A stretch of DNA of 63,101 bases, the filler included, from Chiloscyllium plagiosum (taxonomy: Eukaryota): NCBI RefSeq assembly GCF_004010195.1. It is 4 parts of one record of this genome, joined end to end, with 100 filler letters (N's around TTAATTAATTAA, not from the genome) between each part and the next. Parts side by side here need not be neighbours in the genome. Positions count along the whole stretch, not along the records: positions 54,001 to 63,101 come from NC_057717.1; 3 more parts are not named here. One strand, 5' to 3'. The translations under genes were made by a program, and so were the position numbers. Positions 60,920-63,101 of the stretch are shown piece by piece. The notes under the pieces are model-generated. The model worked only from the letters and a program-made list of their open reading frames with translations. It did no database searches and was not told the origin of the DNA. Positions within the stretch are counted from its first letter, which is position 1. The number at the start of each line of letters is the position of its first letter.

Positions 60920-63101
60920 TAACCTCCACCCCTCCCATACTCCCGCTGTATATTTGAAACCTACTCCAATGCTGACGACTCTCCCAAGTGTGTAAGTTCT
61001 CCAGTGTCGATAACAGGCCCAACCTCAATAATCTCATTCTGCACCCAATACAATAATGCCTATTTTTGTAGTCTTGCACAATACTTACAGTGCCCCCGCC
61101 TCTGTAAAATCCTCCAGCCTGGACCAAAATACCCACCTGCATACCTTCCTCAAGCCCCAGGAGAACATGGTATCACTGTAACCTTCTGCAGGCCCTATAA
61201 CACCCCTGCTTCCTGGCCTACAGCACCACGCAACCACAGTAAGCTTCTCCCATCCCTACAGCGCTGCGTATCTGCAGAAACACCTCCAGACCCTTTTCAA
61301 GCCACAACAGCACTCCACATCTCTGTTTGCTCCTCCACTCCCTACAGTCCTCCCAGCATCTCAAACATTCTCTCTTTGTGTAATTCTGCAATTTGGGGCA
61401 GCACGGTGGCTCAGTGGTGAGCAATGGTGCCTCACAGCGCTAGGGACCCAGGTTCGATTCCAGCGTTGGGTGACTGTCTGTGTGGAGTACGCACTTTCTC
61501 CCTGTTTCTGCGTGGGTTTGCTCCGGTTTCATCCCACAGTCCAAAGATGGACAGGTCAGGTGAATTGGCCATTCTAAGTTGCCAATAATGTTAGGTGCAT
61601 TGTCAGAGAAAAGTGGCTCTGGGTGGGTTACTCTTTGGAGAGTTTTTGGGGCGAAGTACCTGTGCCCATGCTGAAGGGAATCTAATCTAAACTCTCCCTC
61701 TACGTTCCATATTACTGTCCCTAAATATATCCCTCTATCCATAAACAGGCCCAAGCCCTTCAAACCTCCGAATCTCTGTGAATTTCCGCAGCTCCCTCCT
61801 TAATTGTGTAACGTTTTCCATCCTGGAACACTCCGAAAATGTGAACATCCTACAATCCTCCCTATCTGCGTAATCCTCTCAGGTCCCTGTAACAGCCCCG
61901 ATCTGTTGAACCTACTCCAATGTTTGTGACTCTCCCAATCAGTTTCTACAAGACTTACTATCTCTGTAACCTTCGCCCGTCGCTGTCAGCAGCCTCCCCA
62001 AGTCAATGTAAGCTCCCCCAGTCTCCACACAAATCTAATCATCTCCATAACCTTCTCCAGCTCTTACACCCCTATCTGTGTAAACGGTACACTCCCCTAC
62101 AGCCATCCCTAAAGCAGATACCTCCTCCAGTGTGTGCGCAATGCTCCCTGTCTGTATCAGTGTCTCCAGGCTCTATTGTTGTTCCTGTCTCTGTAAGCTC
62201 GGACAGATTGTACAGCTTTCCGGTCCAATTAATTTCCAGAACCTCAGCATCCAACATCAGCAAATGTTTTCATTAACTACAGCCTTCCATAGTTCTGTTC
62301 GTTCCTCAATTCCATACAACTTCATAATCTCTGTAAATAGCACCATTCCATAAAATTCTCCCTATCTACGTAAACTGCCCCAATCCTACAGTGAGAAGCC
62401 TCACTCTCTTTTTGATCACTTGTAGTCCCTTTAGATCTTCCTGTATCTTCCCTGACTCCATTGAATACAGCTCATCCCATGTTATAACTCCTCTAACTCA
62501 TGTGTTACTCCCCATCTCTGTGATACGTTTCCGTTACTGCCATTCTCATTGTTTATCTCCAGAGCTTCCAATCCCCCCGATCGATGTAAAGTTATTGATC
62601 CCTTGCAGCATGTTTAACACCTGTAGCATGTTTAACACCTCAAACTCCTCACTGCATCCTGTCGCTGTAACCTACTCGAATACTGCAGCTCACTGTCTTT
62701 GTAATATCTTCCAGTATCTGCAACCCTGTTGATTTCTGTAACCTCCTCCAGAACAGTGCTCCACATCTCTGTGTAACTGATGGGAATGCTGTAAACCTGC
62801 CTTCACAGTCCTCACTAACTCTCTGAACTCATGCAGCCCTACAACCCTATGTATCTCAGGTCCCTCCAATCCCTACACTTCTCCCTGGCTGTGTGAACTG
62901 ATCCAGCCCCTTCAACCCTCCCTATCTCACTCACTCCTGCAGCTCCAACTGTTGTGCATGCCAGTGTATTCCCCAGCACCAATAATCCTCCCTTTCTCTA
63001 TAAACTCCTGTAGCTTCAAACGCCACCCCATCTGTATTAACTCCGGTGCCTACAACCTTCCCTTTCTTTAAAAGCTTCTTTAGCTCAAACTACCACCAAT
63101 A
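60920..63101. repeat. Degenerate C/T-rich satellite (ccctatctctgtaacctcctccagccctacaac-like)
   Basis: Recurrent ctctgtaacctcctcc and cctacaacc motifs with strong strand bias; related tracts at ~45710-45870, ~54000-54460 and ~55860-56280. Confidence 0.7.
61395..61690 (+). mobile_element. HE1/V-SINE-like SINE inserted in the satellite
   Basis: A-box tggctcagtgg, B-box ggttcgattcc and aatctaatcta tail. Confidence 0.92.

Overview
Vertebrate genomic DNA, almost certainly from a shark (inferred from the repeat repertoire: HE1/V-SINE-like tRNA SINEs, HER1/CR1 LINEs, SacSINE/Deu-like SINEs, Penelope-like elements, L2). It is a gapped draft assembly with several N-runs and three artificial TTAATTAATTAA joins. 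I found no intact protein-coding gene; most ORFs in the track are retroelement debris or noise. The non-transposon content is: (i) a GPR139/GPR142-like class A GPCR cluster in decay, with a broken exon 2 at 9257-9857, a separate stop-interrupted exon 1 at 31256-31436, and three paralogous copies of the ~8 kb upstream of exon 2 arranged + / - / + (570-9254, 11068-18906, 20690-26847), each with a 40-bp VNTR and a ~60-bp repeat array; (ii) a degenerate C2H2 zinc-finger pseudogene (33165-33690, minus) and a small family of CCAAT-rich promoter-like elements, two of which lie in an older ~6 kb direct duplication (38.3-44.2 kb vs 45.9-50.7 kb). The most unusual small-scale structures are a perfect 44-bp-stem Penelope-terminus hairpin with a 15-bp target-site duplication (35338-35499), decayed hammerhead-ribozyme cores, a SINE with an inverted head and a tail at both ends (59071-59426), and an amplicon breakpoint exactly at the GPCR splice acceptor. 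I cannot support a wholly new biological system from the sequence alone; the best leads are in the findings. Repeat boundaries and identity values are by-eye estimates.
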